A program made the translations under genes and the position numbers. A stretch of DNA of 64,000 nt from NCBI GenBank assembly GCA_020696385.1, contig JAEHCQ010000002.1:160001-224000 (forward strand). Reading direction: 5' to 3'. Every line of letters starts with the position of its first letter. The first letter of the stretch is position 1. Positions 39,802 through 49,872 of the stretch are shown piece after piece. Source of the stretch: Methanobacteriota archaeon (GTDB lineage: Archaea > Thermoplasmatota > Thermoplasmata > SG8-5 > JAGLSY01). A model generated the notes under the pieces. It made no database searches, was not told the origin of the DNA, and was given only the letters and a program-made list of their open reading frames with translations.

Positions 39802-42800
39802 ATGTCATATTCTGAAGGATCCAGAAAATCTTTGGTAGTTTGCATAACATTCATATTCATGGCCATGCCTTTTTTGGCCATGTCAACCCCGATTGTTGCG
39901 GAAAATCAGATAGATAATGAGATATCGCCAATGCTCGATGATATGGATAATTCAATATCAAGTGTAAATAGAACCAATGTGATAGAAGATATTCTATTCC
40001 AAGTGGATGAGGAACTTCTGGGGAATCACATAGAGGAATTACAGAACTTCGGGACCAGGTATTGCTATGCGGTGGATGAGTGTTATGCGGCGGCCGATTA
40101 CATTTATTCGGTCTTCGAAAGAAATGGCCTCCAGGTGAGCTTTGATGATTTCGTAGCTGGCGGACATCCAATGCGGAATGTTGTTGCTGAGCTTCCTGGC
40201 AAGACCGCATCAGATCAGGTCTTCATTATATCTGCCCATTATGATTCTTACACCAGCGATCCATATGATTTCGCTCCCGGTGCTGATGATAACGGGAGCG
40301 GGACAGCGGGGGTGATGGCCGCCGCTGAACTCCTTTCAGATTATGAGTTCAATTACACCATACGCTTCATCGCTTTCTCGGGGGAGGAAGAGGGGCTCTA
40401 TGGAAGTTATCACTATAATGACATGATGCTTCAGAACGGGGAGAATATCTGTGGCGTGGTGAACCTGGATATGATCGCCTATAATCCAGATCCTGGATCG
40501 CTCTTCGTGGAGATGGACACAGCAGGTTCCAATGAGATATCTGAACCTCTGGCTGACTTCACAGAGGGCATTGCGGAGAAATACGAGCATATATCCAAGC
40601 TCGATATATGGAAGACCAGAGGGGTTGATGGTAGCGATCATGTAGCTTTCTGGGATGATTTTCCCGCCTTCATGTTAATTGAAAGGATATTCAATTCTCC
40701 CAATTATCACCAGGCCTCGGACACTATAGACAAACTGAACCTCACTTATTGCTCGAATGTGACCCAGATCGCCATAGCGACATTGGCAGAACTGGCAGAA
40801 TTGGATGCCACCGATTCTTCCCCTCCAGATCATTTTGATGAATATCCAGTAGATGGAGGTTATGGTCCCGGAGACGCAGAGATATCCATTGATATCATAG
40901 ATTCATCACAGATCAATTATTCCAGCATCGAACTTCATGTACTGGGCTCGCCAGTAGTCTCCAGTTTGACACCCACTCCAACTGGTTTTACTGTTTCCTA
41001 TTTGTATATTCCAGGCTATGCTGATGAAGATGTCGTGGAATGCAATATCACGGCTGCCGACATACATGGTAATACGATGTATTTCAACTGGTCCTTCACA
41101 ATCGACGCGATACCACCAGCTCCCCCGACGAACTTCGAGATAGATATTGACAGAATAGAGGCGGTGAAGTACGCCTGTGTTCTTGCCAGAGGACCCTCAG
41201 TATATGATGCTAATGGCACATCGTCCCCATCCATCATCTTCCATGACAATGAGTACAAAATGTGGTATGCTGGCCGAGATACAGGATTACAGATTATCTA
41301 TGCGAACTCCACGAATGGTATTTCATGGAACAAACATGGGATAGTATTGCCCCATGGTGGTACAGGCACTCCGGACTATGCCGGAGCCCACTCACCATCT
41401 GTTCTATATGAGGGTGGCGAATACAAAATGTGGTACACTGGGGACAATGGCACCGCATCGAGAATACTTTATGCAAATTCTACAGATGGCATCAGCTGGA
41501 TGAAGCAAGGTGTTGCTCTGGATCTTGGCACTATTGGCGAATATGATGATGCTCAATCACTATCACCATCTGTTCTTTATGAAAGCGGTGGATACAAGAT
41601 GTGGTATACTGGCATTCATGATTCGATTCATCGCATATTGTATGCGAATTCCACAGATGGCATAACTTGGACCAAATACGGTATGGTACTGGAAGCCTCA
41701 CAATATGCTGAGTTCGACACACAAGAGGTCAAGAGTCCCTGTGTGGTCATGACCCAGGATGGCTATGAGATGTATTACTCTGGCTCTAAATACGATACCT
41801 TCAGGGTTCTACTCGCGAACTCCTCGGATGGCATCAACTGGAACAGACAAGGCATGGTTATTGACAATGGAGACCCTCAAGAATATGATGGTATTCAAGC
41901 CAGTGATTGCACCGCGCTTTACCATGATGGCGAGCTCAAAATATGGTATTCGGGATTTGATGGTCAATACTGGAACATCCTGTATTCCTATCTTTCAGAT
42001 AATGAACCAGATACGGATATCTCATTGAACTGGTCGCCATCTCCATCTGAAGATATAGCTTATTATGAACTGGCCAGATCTTACAGTCCATTCTCCGATA
42101 GATGCGGGAAAGGAGTTCTGACAAATGTCACAATAGGAGATTACTTACAAGGTGGCCAGAACTCATTCGATCTGGGATATAGCAACATAATTTACTGTGA
42201 TCTATGGATCGACGATTATTTGGGAGTCACCGAGCCCTATGATTGGTGGCATCTGGATGAGGTCGGAACAGGGGGCTTTGATGATTATGTTCTCGATTAT
42301 ACATCTGGCCATGTGACCATGACCTGGTCCTGGATGGACTGGGGCTCGGAATCATATATCCATGCTTGGATTTACTATATTGGTGACAATGTTATGAAGA
42401 CCACTGGCACATCCTTGGTTGATATAGGAGTCGGTGATGAGAACACCGACAATTACTACTACACATTGACAGCAGTCGATAAAGCTGGCAATAGGGCCGA
42501 ATGTGTATACAAAGCAGGCAAAGTGGGCACAGAAACATCCACTGGCTGGAATCTGATTTCATCTCCTTTTGTCGAAGGAGATGTCCCGATCCAGGATGCT
42601 CTCGGATCTGTGGAGTGGACCGAGATATTGTCCTATAACTCATCCAATCATGCAGACCACTGGAGAATGAACTCAACTTCCATGCCTGACATCCTGAATG
42701 ACCTGGATACCATAGTAGATGGTGCAGCATATTGGGTCAATGTTCCACCTGCCGAGGTTTATGTTTCAACAGGCATTGTGGCCAATACCACTATCCAATT

Positions 42801-43014
42801 GGATGCAGGCTGGAACCTGATATCATATCCATATCATGAAAGCTATCAGGTAATGAATGCGCTTGCTGGCCTTCCCTATGACAGGGTGGAGGGTTTTGAT
42901 ACTGTCGGGGCTTATGGATTGACACCGATGTCAGATACGGATATAATGGAACCAGGTTGTGGATACTGGGTGCATCTGAACTCCGCGGCCACGTGGAATG
43001 TTGTTAATGCGTGA
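39802..43014 (+). CDS. Secreted M28 peptidase with five-bladed beta-propeller and FN3-like domain (paralog of 33705..36653)
   Basis: AHYDS, GADDNGSG, SGEEEG, NLDM, SDH, YHQASD; five blades; start likely ATG 39802. Confidence 0.88.
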   Translation: MSYSEGSRKSLVVCITFIFMAMPFLAMSTPIVAENQIDNEISPMLDDMDNSISSVNRTNVIEDILFQVDEELLGNHIEELQNFGTRYCYAVDECYAAADYIYSVFERNGLQVSFDDFVAGGHPMRNVVAELPGKTASDQVFIISAHYDSYTSDPYDFAPGADDNGSGTAGVMAAAELLSDYEFNYTIRFIAFSGEEEGLYGSYHYNDMMLQNGENICGVVNLDMIAYNPDPGSLFVEMDTAGSNEISEPLADFTEGIAEKYEHISKLDIWKTRGVDGSDHVAFWDDFPAFMLIERIFNSPNYHQASDTIDKLNLTYCSNVTQIAIATLAELAELDATDSSPPDHFDEYPVDGGYGPGDAEISIDIIDSSQINYSSIELHVLGSPVVSSLTPTPTGFTVSYLYIPGYADEDVVECNITAADIHGNTMYFNWSFTIDAIPPAPPTNFEIDIDRIEAVKYACVLARGPSVYDANGTSSPSIIFHDNEYKMWYAGRDTGLQIIYANSTNGISWNKHGIVLPHGGTGTPDYAGAHSPSVLYEGGEYKMWYTGDNGTASRILYANSTDGISWMKQGVALDLGTIGEYDDAQSLSPSVLYESGGYKMWYTGIHDSIHRILYANSTDGITWTKYGMVLEASQYAEFDTQEVKSPCVVMTQDGYEMYYSGSKYDTFRVLLANSSDGINWNRQGMVIDNGDPQEYDGIQASDCTALYHDGELKIWYSGFDGQYWNILYSYLSDNEPDTDISLNWSPSPSEDIAYYELARSYSPFSDRCGKGVLTNVTIGDYLQGGQNSFDLGYSNIIYCDLWIDDYLGVTEPYDWWHLDEVGTGGFDDYVLDYTSGHVTMTWSWMDWGSESYIHAWIYYIGDNVMKTTGTSLVDIGVGDENTDNYYYTLTAVDKAGNRAECVYKAGKVGTETSTGWNLISSPFVEGDVPIQDALGSVEWTEILSYNSSNHADHWRMNSTSMPDILNDLDTIVDGAAYWVNVPPAEVYVSTGIVANTTIQLDAGWNLISYPYHESYQVMNALAGLPYDRVEGFDTVGAYGLTPMSDTDIMEPGCGYWVHLNSAATWNVVNA

Positions 43015-43111
43015 AGGCCTGATATTCACGCATTAACAACATTTCATCATACACCTCATAACCAATACTTCGACCCCAAACATTTATTATGAATTGATAT
43101 TTCCTTTGCTC

Positions 43112-44419
43112 ATGAAGCTATTCGGATCTTCAGGGATTAGAGGAACATTTGGTGAGAAGATAACCACACAGCTGGCTAACGAAGTAGGTCTTGCAGTGGG
43201 TACGGTCTATGACTCGGTCGTCATCGGATGGGACACAAGGACAACCAGCGAGCTTATCAGCAAGGCGCTTGCCGCCGGGCTCATGAGCGCGGGAGCCCGG
43301 GTGGGCATTGCGGGGATGACCTCCACACCCACACTGGCAAATGAGACAAAGAATTTCGCAGCTGGTCTCATGATCACAGCCTCTCATAATCCGGCACCTG
43401 ACAATGGAATAAAGTTCTGGAATCCAGATGGATCCTCTTTTGGAAGCCAGCAGATGGAAGAATTGGAGGACATACTGGCAAATAAGAAATTCGCCCATGT
43501 TTCCTGGGATAAAGTCGGCAGATCTTTCGAGATCGTCGATGCCGTGGAAAAACACATGCAATCCATCGAATCCAAGATGGGCAAGCTCAGTGGAAAGGTG
43601 GTCATAGATTGTGGAAATGGTGCCACGACCAATATCAGCCCATATCTGTTAAGAAGAATGGGATGCGAGGTCATAACTATCAATTCACATCCAGATGGTA
43701 CTTTCCCCGGGCGTGGTTCGGAACCAACTACTGAGAACACCAGGCTTTTGGCCGAGTGCGTGAAAAGCTCCGGAGCAATGTTAGGCATAGCTCACGATGG
43801 TGATGGAGATCGAACATTAGCTGTTGATGAGAAAGGCAGATTCCTGAATGGCGACCTTCTTTTACCAATTCTGGCCAAGCTGGAAGGTAAGACCAGCATC
43901 GTCGTGCCGCTAAATGTATCCATGGGAGTGGACACATACCTCAAGGGCGTGGATGTTATCAGATGCAAAGTGGGCGATGTGTACGTCGCAGAGAAGATGA
44001 AGGAAGTGGGAGCGAATTTCGGTGGTGAGGAATCCGGAACCTGGATCTTCCCAGAGAATTCCTTCTGTCCGGACGGGGTCTTCGCAGCTGCCAAGCTCGT
44101 CCAGATCGCCATGGAGCGACCGCTTTCGGAATATCTGGATGAGTTGCCCAAGTTCGATATTATGAGAAAAAGAATAGACTTCGGCACAAGGGATAAGGTC
44201 GAAGTTATGAAACAGATCCGCCCATTGATGGAGGCCTGGAACCCTGTGGACATATCCGATATGGATGGTCTGTATGCGAAGTTCGAGGATGGCTGGATAT
44301 TGATGAGGCCATCGGGTACCGAGCCTAAATTGAAGATCGTTATTGAAGGTGAAAATGAGGCAAGGGCCAATGAGTTCATGACAATGGCAATGGCCGCGGT
44401 CGAGAAGGTGCTCGGATGA
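43112..44419 (+). CDS. glmM: Phosphoglucosamine mutase / phosphohexomutase
   Basis: MKLFGSSGIRG, TASHNP, DGDGDR, GGEESG, RPSGTEP; coupled to glmU. Confidence 0.9.
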   Translation: MKLFGSSGIRGTFGEKITTQLANEVGLAVGTVYDSVVIGWDTRTTSELISKALAAGLMSAGARVGIAGMTSTPTLANETKNFAAGLMITASHNPAPDNGIKFWNPDGSSFGSQQMEELEDILANKKFAHVSWDKVGRSFEIVDAVEKHMQSIESKMGKLSGKVVIDCGNGATTNISPYLLRRMGCEVITINSHPDGTFPGRGSEPTTENTRLLAECVKSSGAMLGIAHDGDGDRTLAVDEKGRFLNGDLLLPILAKLEGKTSIVVPLNVSMGVDTYLKGVDVIRCKVGDVYVAEKMKEVGANFGGEESGTWIFPENSFCPDGVFAAAKLVQIAMERPLSEYLDELPKFDIMRKRIDFGTRDKVEVMKQIRPLMEAWNPVDISDMDGLYAKFEDGWILMRPSGTEPKLKIVIEGENEARANEFMTMAMAAVEKVLG

Positions 44420-45651
44420 AGGCCTTTATTCTGGCAGCTGGCGAAGGAACGAGAATGCGTCCTCTGACCTCGAAAATATCCAAGTCATTACTGCCAATTG
44501 CCGGTAAGCCCTTCATCGAACATACTCTGGACGCTCTCAAAGCCAATGGGATCAGCGAAATATCCATACTCATTGGTTGGGGCGCGAAAGAATTGGAATC
44601 ACATTTCGGGAACGGCTCCAAGCTGGGCCTGAAGATCAGATATATTCATCAGAAAGACAGGCTGGGGACAGCCCATGCCATTGGTTATGCCAGGAAGCAT
44701 ATGAAGACTGATCCTTTCCTCGCAATAAACGGGGATGTGGTCATCACCAAGGGAACTATCAAAAGTGTACTGGCCAATTTTAAAAAGTATGGTGACATGA
44801 TAATAACCGGGGCAGAGGTTCCCAATCCCTGCGATTATGGAATAATAAAGCTGGGCAAGGGCAATTGCCTATCATGTCTTATAGAAAAACCGAAGAATCC
44901 ACCAACCAATCTGGCCAATGCTGGCCTTTACCTATTCACGCATGAGATTTTCGACGCCATTGACAAGACCGAGCTCTCCATGCGTGGTGAATACGAGGTA
45001 ACGGATTCGATCCAGATGCTGACCGATGATCAGAAGAAGTTCAGGTGCGTGACCATCAAGGACGACTGGGTGGACGTAGGTCGTCCATGGGATCTCCTGA
45101 AGGCGAATTCCATACTCATGAAAGACCTCGAGGAGAAGATCGAGGGCAAGGTCCAGCCATACGCCACTATCGAAGGGCCAGTGGTCGTCGGTAAAGGAAC
45201 TGTCATTCGAAATGGTTCCTATATCATCGGGCCAGTTATAATCGGCAAGAACTCGGATATTGGGCCAAATTGCTACATCAGACCTTCCACATACATAGGT
45301 GACAAGTGCAAGGTGGGCAATGCGACAGAAGTAAAAAATTCTGTCATAATGGATGGGAGCAAGGTTCCACATCATAATTACATGGGCGACAGTGTGATCG
45401 GCCGAAATTGCAATTTCGGATCAGGAACAAAGGTGGCCAATCTACGTCTGGATGGTAAGAATATCATTGTCAATATCAAGGGCCAGCATGTGAACACCGG
45501 CATTAGGAAGTTCGGAGTAATTGCGGGCGATAATGTCAAGACCGGGATCAATGCGACCATCGATCCAGGCACTATCATTGGCGAGAACTCGTTTATCGGA
45601 CCAGGGGCTATAATCAAAGGCATAATCGCGCCCGGTAGTAAGGTTCATTAA
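44416..45651 (+). CDS. glmU: Bifunctional sugar-1-phosphate nucleotidylyltransferase/acetyltransferase
   Basis: LAAGEGTRMRPLT, LGTAHA, hexapeptide C-terminal domain with HHNYMGDS. Confidence 0.9.
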   Translation: MKAFILAAGEGTRMRPLTSKISKSLLPIAGKPFIEHTLDALKANGISEISILIGWGAKELESHFGNGSKLGLKIRYIHQKDRLGTAHAIGYARKHMKTDPFLAINGDVVITKGTIKSVLANFKKYGDMIITGAEVPNPCDYGIIKLGKGNCLSCLIEKPKNPPTNLANAGLYLFTHEIFDAIDKTELSMRGEYEVTDSIQMLTDDQKKFRCVTIKDDWVDVGRPWDLLKANSILMKDLEEKIEGKVQPYATIEGPVVVGKGTVIRNGSYIIGPVIIGKNSDIGPNCYIRPSTYIGDKCKVGNATEVKNSVIMDGSKVPHHNYMGDSVIGRNCNFGSGTKVANLRLDGKNIIVNIKGQHVNTGIRKFGVIAGDNVKTGINATIDPGTIIGENSFIGPGAIIKGIIAPGSKVH

Positions 45652-45726
45652 ATGAGGGCTCCCAGCCCTAAAGGGGTATCCCTTCTGCTAAATCATTGAA
45701 AGTTAACAGGGATATGAGCCCTTATT

Positions 45727-45816
45727 GTGATTAAACATTTTTCTGCTAAGCCATAGGCTCCAGAAAATTGTTTAATTTATATTTGCGCATTGGCCAATTG
45801 GAAAGCGCAAATACAA
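45727..45816. repeat. Dispersed two-hairpin repeat family B, copy 2
   Basis: Matches 12626..12715; lies between convergent glmU and pheT. Confidence 0.85.
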
Positions 45817-45851
45817 TTCTTCCCAAGCTAATACACAGGCGCTCTTGGTGA

Positions 45852-47498
45852 TTATTCAATAAACTTATCAGCGAACAATTCGAAGCCCGCTATCGGACAA
45901 CCCAGGTCGAAGTTAGTTATGACCTGGGGGTGCAATTCCCCGAAGTGGCCGACCATCTCTCCCTTCACTATTATTTTGGCCGCCCTTCCATCGATATAGG
46001 CCGGCTCGTCATGGCCTTCTATTGTGAATTCCACATCCAAGTCTCTCATCAAGGACTGGACGAGAGATTTAATGCCTGTGTAACTGGCCTTTGGGTGGAT
46101 GGTCATCGCTCCCATGAACCGCAGGTTTCGATGATTGATAACGACATTCCCTGCCTCGAAGATGCTCTGAGGCAGGTCTCGATGTTTATTCACACTGAGA
46201 ACCTCCAGAAGACTGGGGTAAATTGACTGTCTGGCACATGTCAATTCCTCATTGATCGGATTGAGTATGACCGTGAGATCTTCGGGTATCTCACGCTGAA
46301 GCAAGATGAACTGCTTCCTCTGGCTTGAAATTGTAAGACCCATGGTCTCCTGATACCCATAGCCAGTCATCAGATTTCTCAAAATATTGGAATAGGCTTC
46401 GATCTCCCTTTCCTTTGCGAATGTGAGATTGGTTGGAAGCCTACCTTTGAAATTCTCAAAGCCGTGGGCGATGGCGATGTCCTCCACCAGATCGACTGGG
46501 TGGATGACGTCATTTCGGTAAGCTGGAACCTGAACTTTCACGGTTCCATTTGGATCTCCTTCGACAATACTGGCTCCGAATCTCATCATCCGAAGATATT
46601 CGACAATATCTTCGGATCCAAGTCCAATACCCAGAATTTTATTCACGTATTCCGGGGTTACCTCTCTTTCTCTGGGAGCCAGGTCTGGCAATGTGAGGGT
46701 GGAGTCCTTGTATTTCACTTCCACTGTCTTTATCTGCCCGCCTCGCTCTGCCAGCATGGTGGCCAGGATATTGAGCGCGGTCTTGAGAGTTTCAAGATCC
46801 GTGCCAGTCATGTCCAGGAAAATATTTTCTGTATTTTCCGTCACAGTGGTATAAGTTCCATTGATAATTGGGGGAAAAGATAGTACTTTTCCTTCAGAAT
46901 CCTGGATGATGGGATATTTCTCCTTGCCTTCGAGAACCCAGGCATATTCCATTCCCTTCTCGTGTTTCTCCAATATCTCATCCAGATCCAGTTCTTTGAA
47001 ATGACCCAGTGGTATGAACTTCATGGACTTTGGATCAACAGCTTTGTACGTGAATGGTGGTTTCAGATCCTTGAAATCATGAACTCCAATGGCCAGTTTT
47101 TTTCTCTTTCTGCCCATTGTGAGATGCAGTTTCTCCTGTATCTCCATGAGGGACTTGATCAGGCTGTCGTCCATCTGGACATTCTGAATGTAAGCCGCGA
47201 CTATGAACGGTCGTACTTCTTCGACAGAAGGGTCAACATTCAGCACCATGCCACTGCTGGACATTGGATAATCCACCATGCCCTTTTCCAGGCCGAAAAA
47301 ACCACGTAATGCACGAGCGACTCCTTCCACCGAGTAAAGGTCTGGCCTATTGGGGAAGAACTCGATGTTCATCGTGTCTCCTTCTATCGAGTCAATATCG
47401 GAGCCGATCATCGGTAATCTCTCGATGATCTCTTCCTGCGGAATGTCCTTGCCAATGAGGGCGATGAGGTCATGATAATCTATTGTTATAACTGCCAT
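45852..47498 (-). CDS. pheT: Phenylalanine--tRNA ligase beta subunit
   Basis: PNRPDLYSVEG, QEKLH...GRKRKK.AIGVHD, SFPPIIN, YRND..HPVD..EDIAIA.G, GELHP. Confidence 0.96.
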   Translation of the reverse strand: MAVITIDYHDLIALIGKDIPQEEIIERLPMIGSDIDSIEGDTMNIEFFPNRPDLYSVEGVARALRGFFGLEKGMVDYPMSSSGMVLNVDPSVEEVRPFIVAAYIQNVQMDDSLIKSLMEIQEKLHLTMGRKRKKLAIGVHDFKDLKPPFTYKAVDPKSMKFIPLGHFKELDLDEILEKHEKGMEYAWVLEGKEKYPIIQDSEGKVLSFPPIINGTYTTVTENTENIFLDMTGTDLETLKTALNILATMLAERGGQIKTVEVKYKDSTLTLPDLAPREREVTPEYVNKILGIGLGSEDIVEYLRMMRFGASIVEGDPNGTVKVQVPAYRNDVIHPVDLVEDIAIAHGFENFKGRLPTNLTFAKEREIEAYSNILRNLMTGYGYQETMGLTISSQRKQFILLQREIPEDLTVILNPINEELTCARQSIYPSLLEVLSVNKHRDLPQSIFEAGNVVINHRNLRFMGAMTIHPKASYTGIKSLVQSLMRDLDVEFTIEGHDEPAYIDGRAAKIIVKGEMVGHFGELHPQVITNFDLGCPIAGFELFADKFIE

Positions 47499-47698
47499 AT
47501 GGATCACACACTGATAGGTTATGGAAATATGATATTCTATAATTATGTTTGTAATAGAAGAATTGTGGGATTTATGATCGACAAATTAGCATAATAAATT
47601 CCCTTATTTTGAGGTGTCTGGCTATATAAAGATAGTCCTCATCCTAAATCTTATATACTCCACCCAAATATCCAGGTCGAAATCTCAGGGTGAGGTGC

Positions 47699-47863
47699 AT
47701 GGAAGAATCATTATGCAATGTGGAGTTCCTTAAGGGACCAAAAGGCTATATCGCGAAAGTTCAGAGCGATCTTGGCGGTTTGAGAGAATACAGAGGCGAG
47801 TCATTCGAAGAAGTACTGGAACAGATAATTATCGATGTCCAGGAAGAATTCGAGGCCTCCTGA
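47699..47863 (+). CDS. Small hypothetical protein (54 aa, below ORF-track cutoff)
   Basis: SD GAGGTG then MEESLCNVEFLKGPKGYIAKVQSDLGGLREYRGESFEEVLEQIIIDVQEEFEAS*; TATA-like TTATATA upstream and hairpin downstream. Confidence 0.8.
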   Translation: MEESLCNVEFLKGPKGYIAKVQSDLGGLREYRGESFEEVLEQIIIDVQEEFEAS

Positions 47864-47903
47864 TATCGATCATACCCTATCATTGATCTATACTTTCTAA
47901 AAT

Positions 47904-47940
47904 CGAGCGCGTTTAAAACGCGCTCGTTCTTTTATATTAA
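47904..47940 (+). terminator. Hairpin plus T-rich tail
   Basis: CGAGCGCGTTT/AAACGCGCTCG 11-bp stem then TTCTTTT. Confidence 0.6.
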
Positions 47941-47981
47941 GTAATCTAATATGTTTTTATATTCAAATTCAGTATGATGTA

Positions 47982-49118
47982 TTACCTGATCAGATCCCCA
48001 CCTTTCATTATGATCTCCGAGCTTCGATCTGGGTAATTCAATTCTATGGTGGGTTTCAGTATCAGGCCATCCAGATGGATCAATGCCTTCGCATCATTGT
48101 CATAGTTCGCGCCTATCGCGATGTGGCAAGTTGAATACACTTTCTCATCCTCCAGCATATTGCCGATTATATCAGCATTGTGATTGAGCCCGATACCCAG
48201 TTCCCCAAGGTTCCTGGCATTCTTAATGTACTCATCAGCCTGTTCCTGATCTATCTCGCCCTTTGCCAGCATTTCCTTGGCATTGTCCTCGCCAGAGCGC
48301 AGAGAAGCTTCAAGAAGTCGCGCTTCCTCGCCCCCTTTGAGATCGATGACTAAATTGTCCTTGACCATGGCCATAATGGGCTCCTCTATGATTATCTCGC
48401 CATTCGTGGCAGATATGGAACCATCGAAAGCGATGACACCATTGGAGCTGCCCAGGGCCGGAGATATATACACCTCTCCGGCAGGAAGATTGCCTCCTTG
48501 GCCGGGCTTTCTGAAATCACCATCATCCGATTCGCCCAGTCTTCCTTCAAGTCCCAGAAGGATGTCCGTCCCAACAGCGGTGGTTATACGAGCACTGGTG
48601 GCTCTATCCAGCTTCTCTTTGAGATATGCGCATTCATCCCTCAGCTTTGCATAATCAATTGGAACCGTCCTTGAGAACATATCCAGTGTCGTGCTTGGGG
48701 ACCAGAAAGCTCTTAATTTCTTATCTTTAAGGTGCAGATCGAACACATGCTCGTATTCCTGGCCATCCAGGCCTTTGTACGGCTTGGAAATACCACCCCT
48801 GTCTTTACCCAGCTTTTCCGCGCTCAGGGAAATCGCAATATCCGGTATGGTTGCCAGAGCCCCGACCACTCCTTCTTCTGCATAATCCAGCTGTGTCTTG
48901 TACGGCTGGACCAATATCAGTGGCTTGCCACCTGCGGAAATTGCCGCGTCATAAATGGCCAGTGCGATCGTGTAAACTCCCTTTTCCGGATTGGTTATGA
49001 TATGCAGGGTCTCGCCAGGCTGTACAGCCAGCACTTCCTTCACTGCCACCTCCGCTGCTTTTTTAATATCATTCATACCTTCAACAAAATCAGAGAATTT
49101 AGAGTTTTCATCAGCCAT
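47982..49118 (-). CDS. Aminopeptidase, M29/thermophilic metalloprotease family
   Basis: GNLPAGEVYISP, GELGIGLN, LEDEKV..TCHIAIGAN, IHLDG. Confidence 0.9.
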   Translation of the reverse strand: MADENSKFSDFVEGMNDIKKAAEVAVKEVLAVQPGETLHIITNPEKGVYTIALAIYDAAISAGGKPLILVQPYKTQLDYAEEGVVGALATIPDIAISLSAEKLGKDRGGISKPYKGLDGQEYEHVFDLHLKDKKLRAFWSPSTTLDMFSRTVPIDYAKLRDECAYLKEKLDRATSARITTAVGTDILLGLEGRLGESDDGDFRKPGQGGNLPAGEVYISPALGSSNGVIAFDGSISATNGEIIIEEPIMAMVKDNLVIDLKGGEEARLLEASLRSGEDNAKEMLAKGEIDQEQADEYIKNARNLGELGIGLNHNADIIGNMLEDEKVYSTCHIAIGANYDNDAKALIHLDGLILKPTIELNYPDRSSEIIMKGGDLIR

Positions 49119-49121
49119 ATT

Positions 49122-49177
49122 GATTCCTCCATTACCATTACGGAATCTTGAATGCGCGAATGGATTCGCTCATTCAA
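49122..49177 (-). repeat. SD-carrying two-hairpin repeat family D, copy 2
   Basis: Minus strand TTGAATGAGCGAATCCATTCGCGCATTCAAGATTCC...GGAGGAATC, 3 nt before ATG 49118. Confidence 0.85.
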
Positions 49178-49238
49178 ATCATCCTTATGATCTACATAAC
49201 CTAAATAAATCCCATTGATATAAATCTACTGGCCATCT

Positions 49239-49871
49239 TCATGAAAAGGGAAACATCACGAAAGCAATGAGATCCCAGAAGGCATGGCTGATGATATTCA
49301 CCCACAGGTTCTTGTAATAATGGTATAACAATGCCCAGAATAACCCTGCGGAAAAAGCGGCCAGAATTAGCATCGGGTTCCCCGATGCTAAATGGACACC
49401 AGCATAGGCCAGCACACCGAACAACACCCCAATTCTACCATATTGCCTTACAAAGGTCTTCTGCAGATATCCCCTCCAGAATATCTCCTCGCCTGGACCG
49501 ATGATGAACAGGAGGAGGAAGGCGATCATTCGGGGATCCATATTGTCCCCGAAGTCGTATATTCCTCCTACGCCCGCCTTGCCAAATGATATGAAATGAG
49601 CGGCCAGATCATTCCCTATCATGAAGATGAAGTAGAGGAAGACACCAGAAAGTAGTCCCAGGGTTATGATGTAAGGTAGCTGTTCCTTTGAAATAACCAG
49701 CTGCTTTCTGATATCATCATTTCTGAAGAAAAAGGCCAATGCCGTCAGCACCAGGGCCGTGATGGCCATCTGTCCCCAGAAATGAAAGAAAATACCGCCA
49801 AATATTAATGAGAATCCCACGGCTGCCACGAATAGAGAGAATAAAGCCTTGTTAAATTGGTCTTTGTTCAT
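49239..49871 (-). CDS. CPBP/Abi (CAAX protease-like) intramembrane metalloprotease
   Basis: GEEIFWRG, YAGVH, SHAFWD. Confidence 0.92.
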   Translation of the reverse strand: MNKDQFNKALFSLFVAAVGFSLIFGGIFFHFWGQMAITALVLTALAFFFRNDDIRKQLVISKEQLPYIITLGLLSGVFLYFIFMIGNDLAAHFISFGKAGVGGIYDFGDNMDPRMIAFLLLFIIGPGEEIFWRGYLQKTFVRQYGRIGVLFGVLAYAGVHLASGNPMLILAAFSAGLFWALLYHYYKNLWVNIISHAFWDLIAFVMFPFS

Positions 49872-49872
49872 A

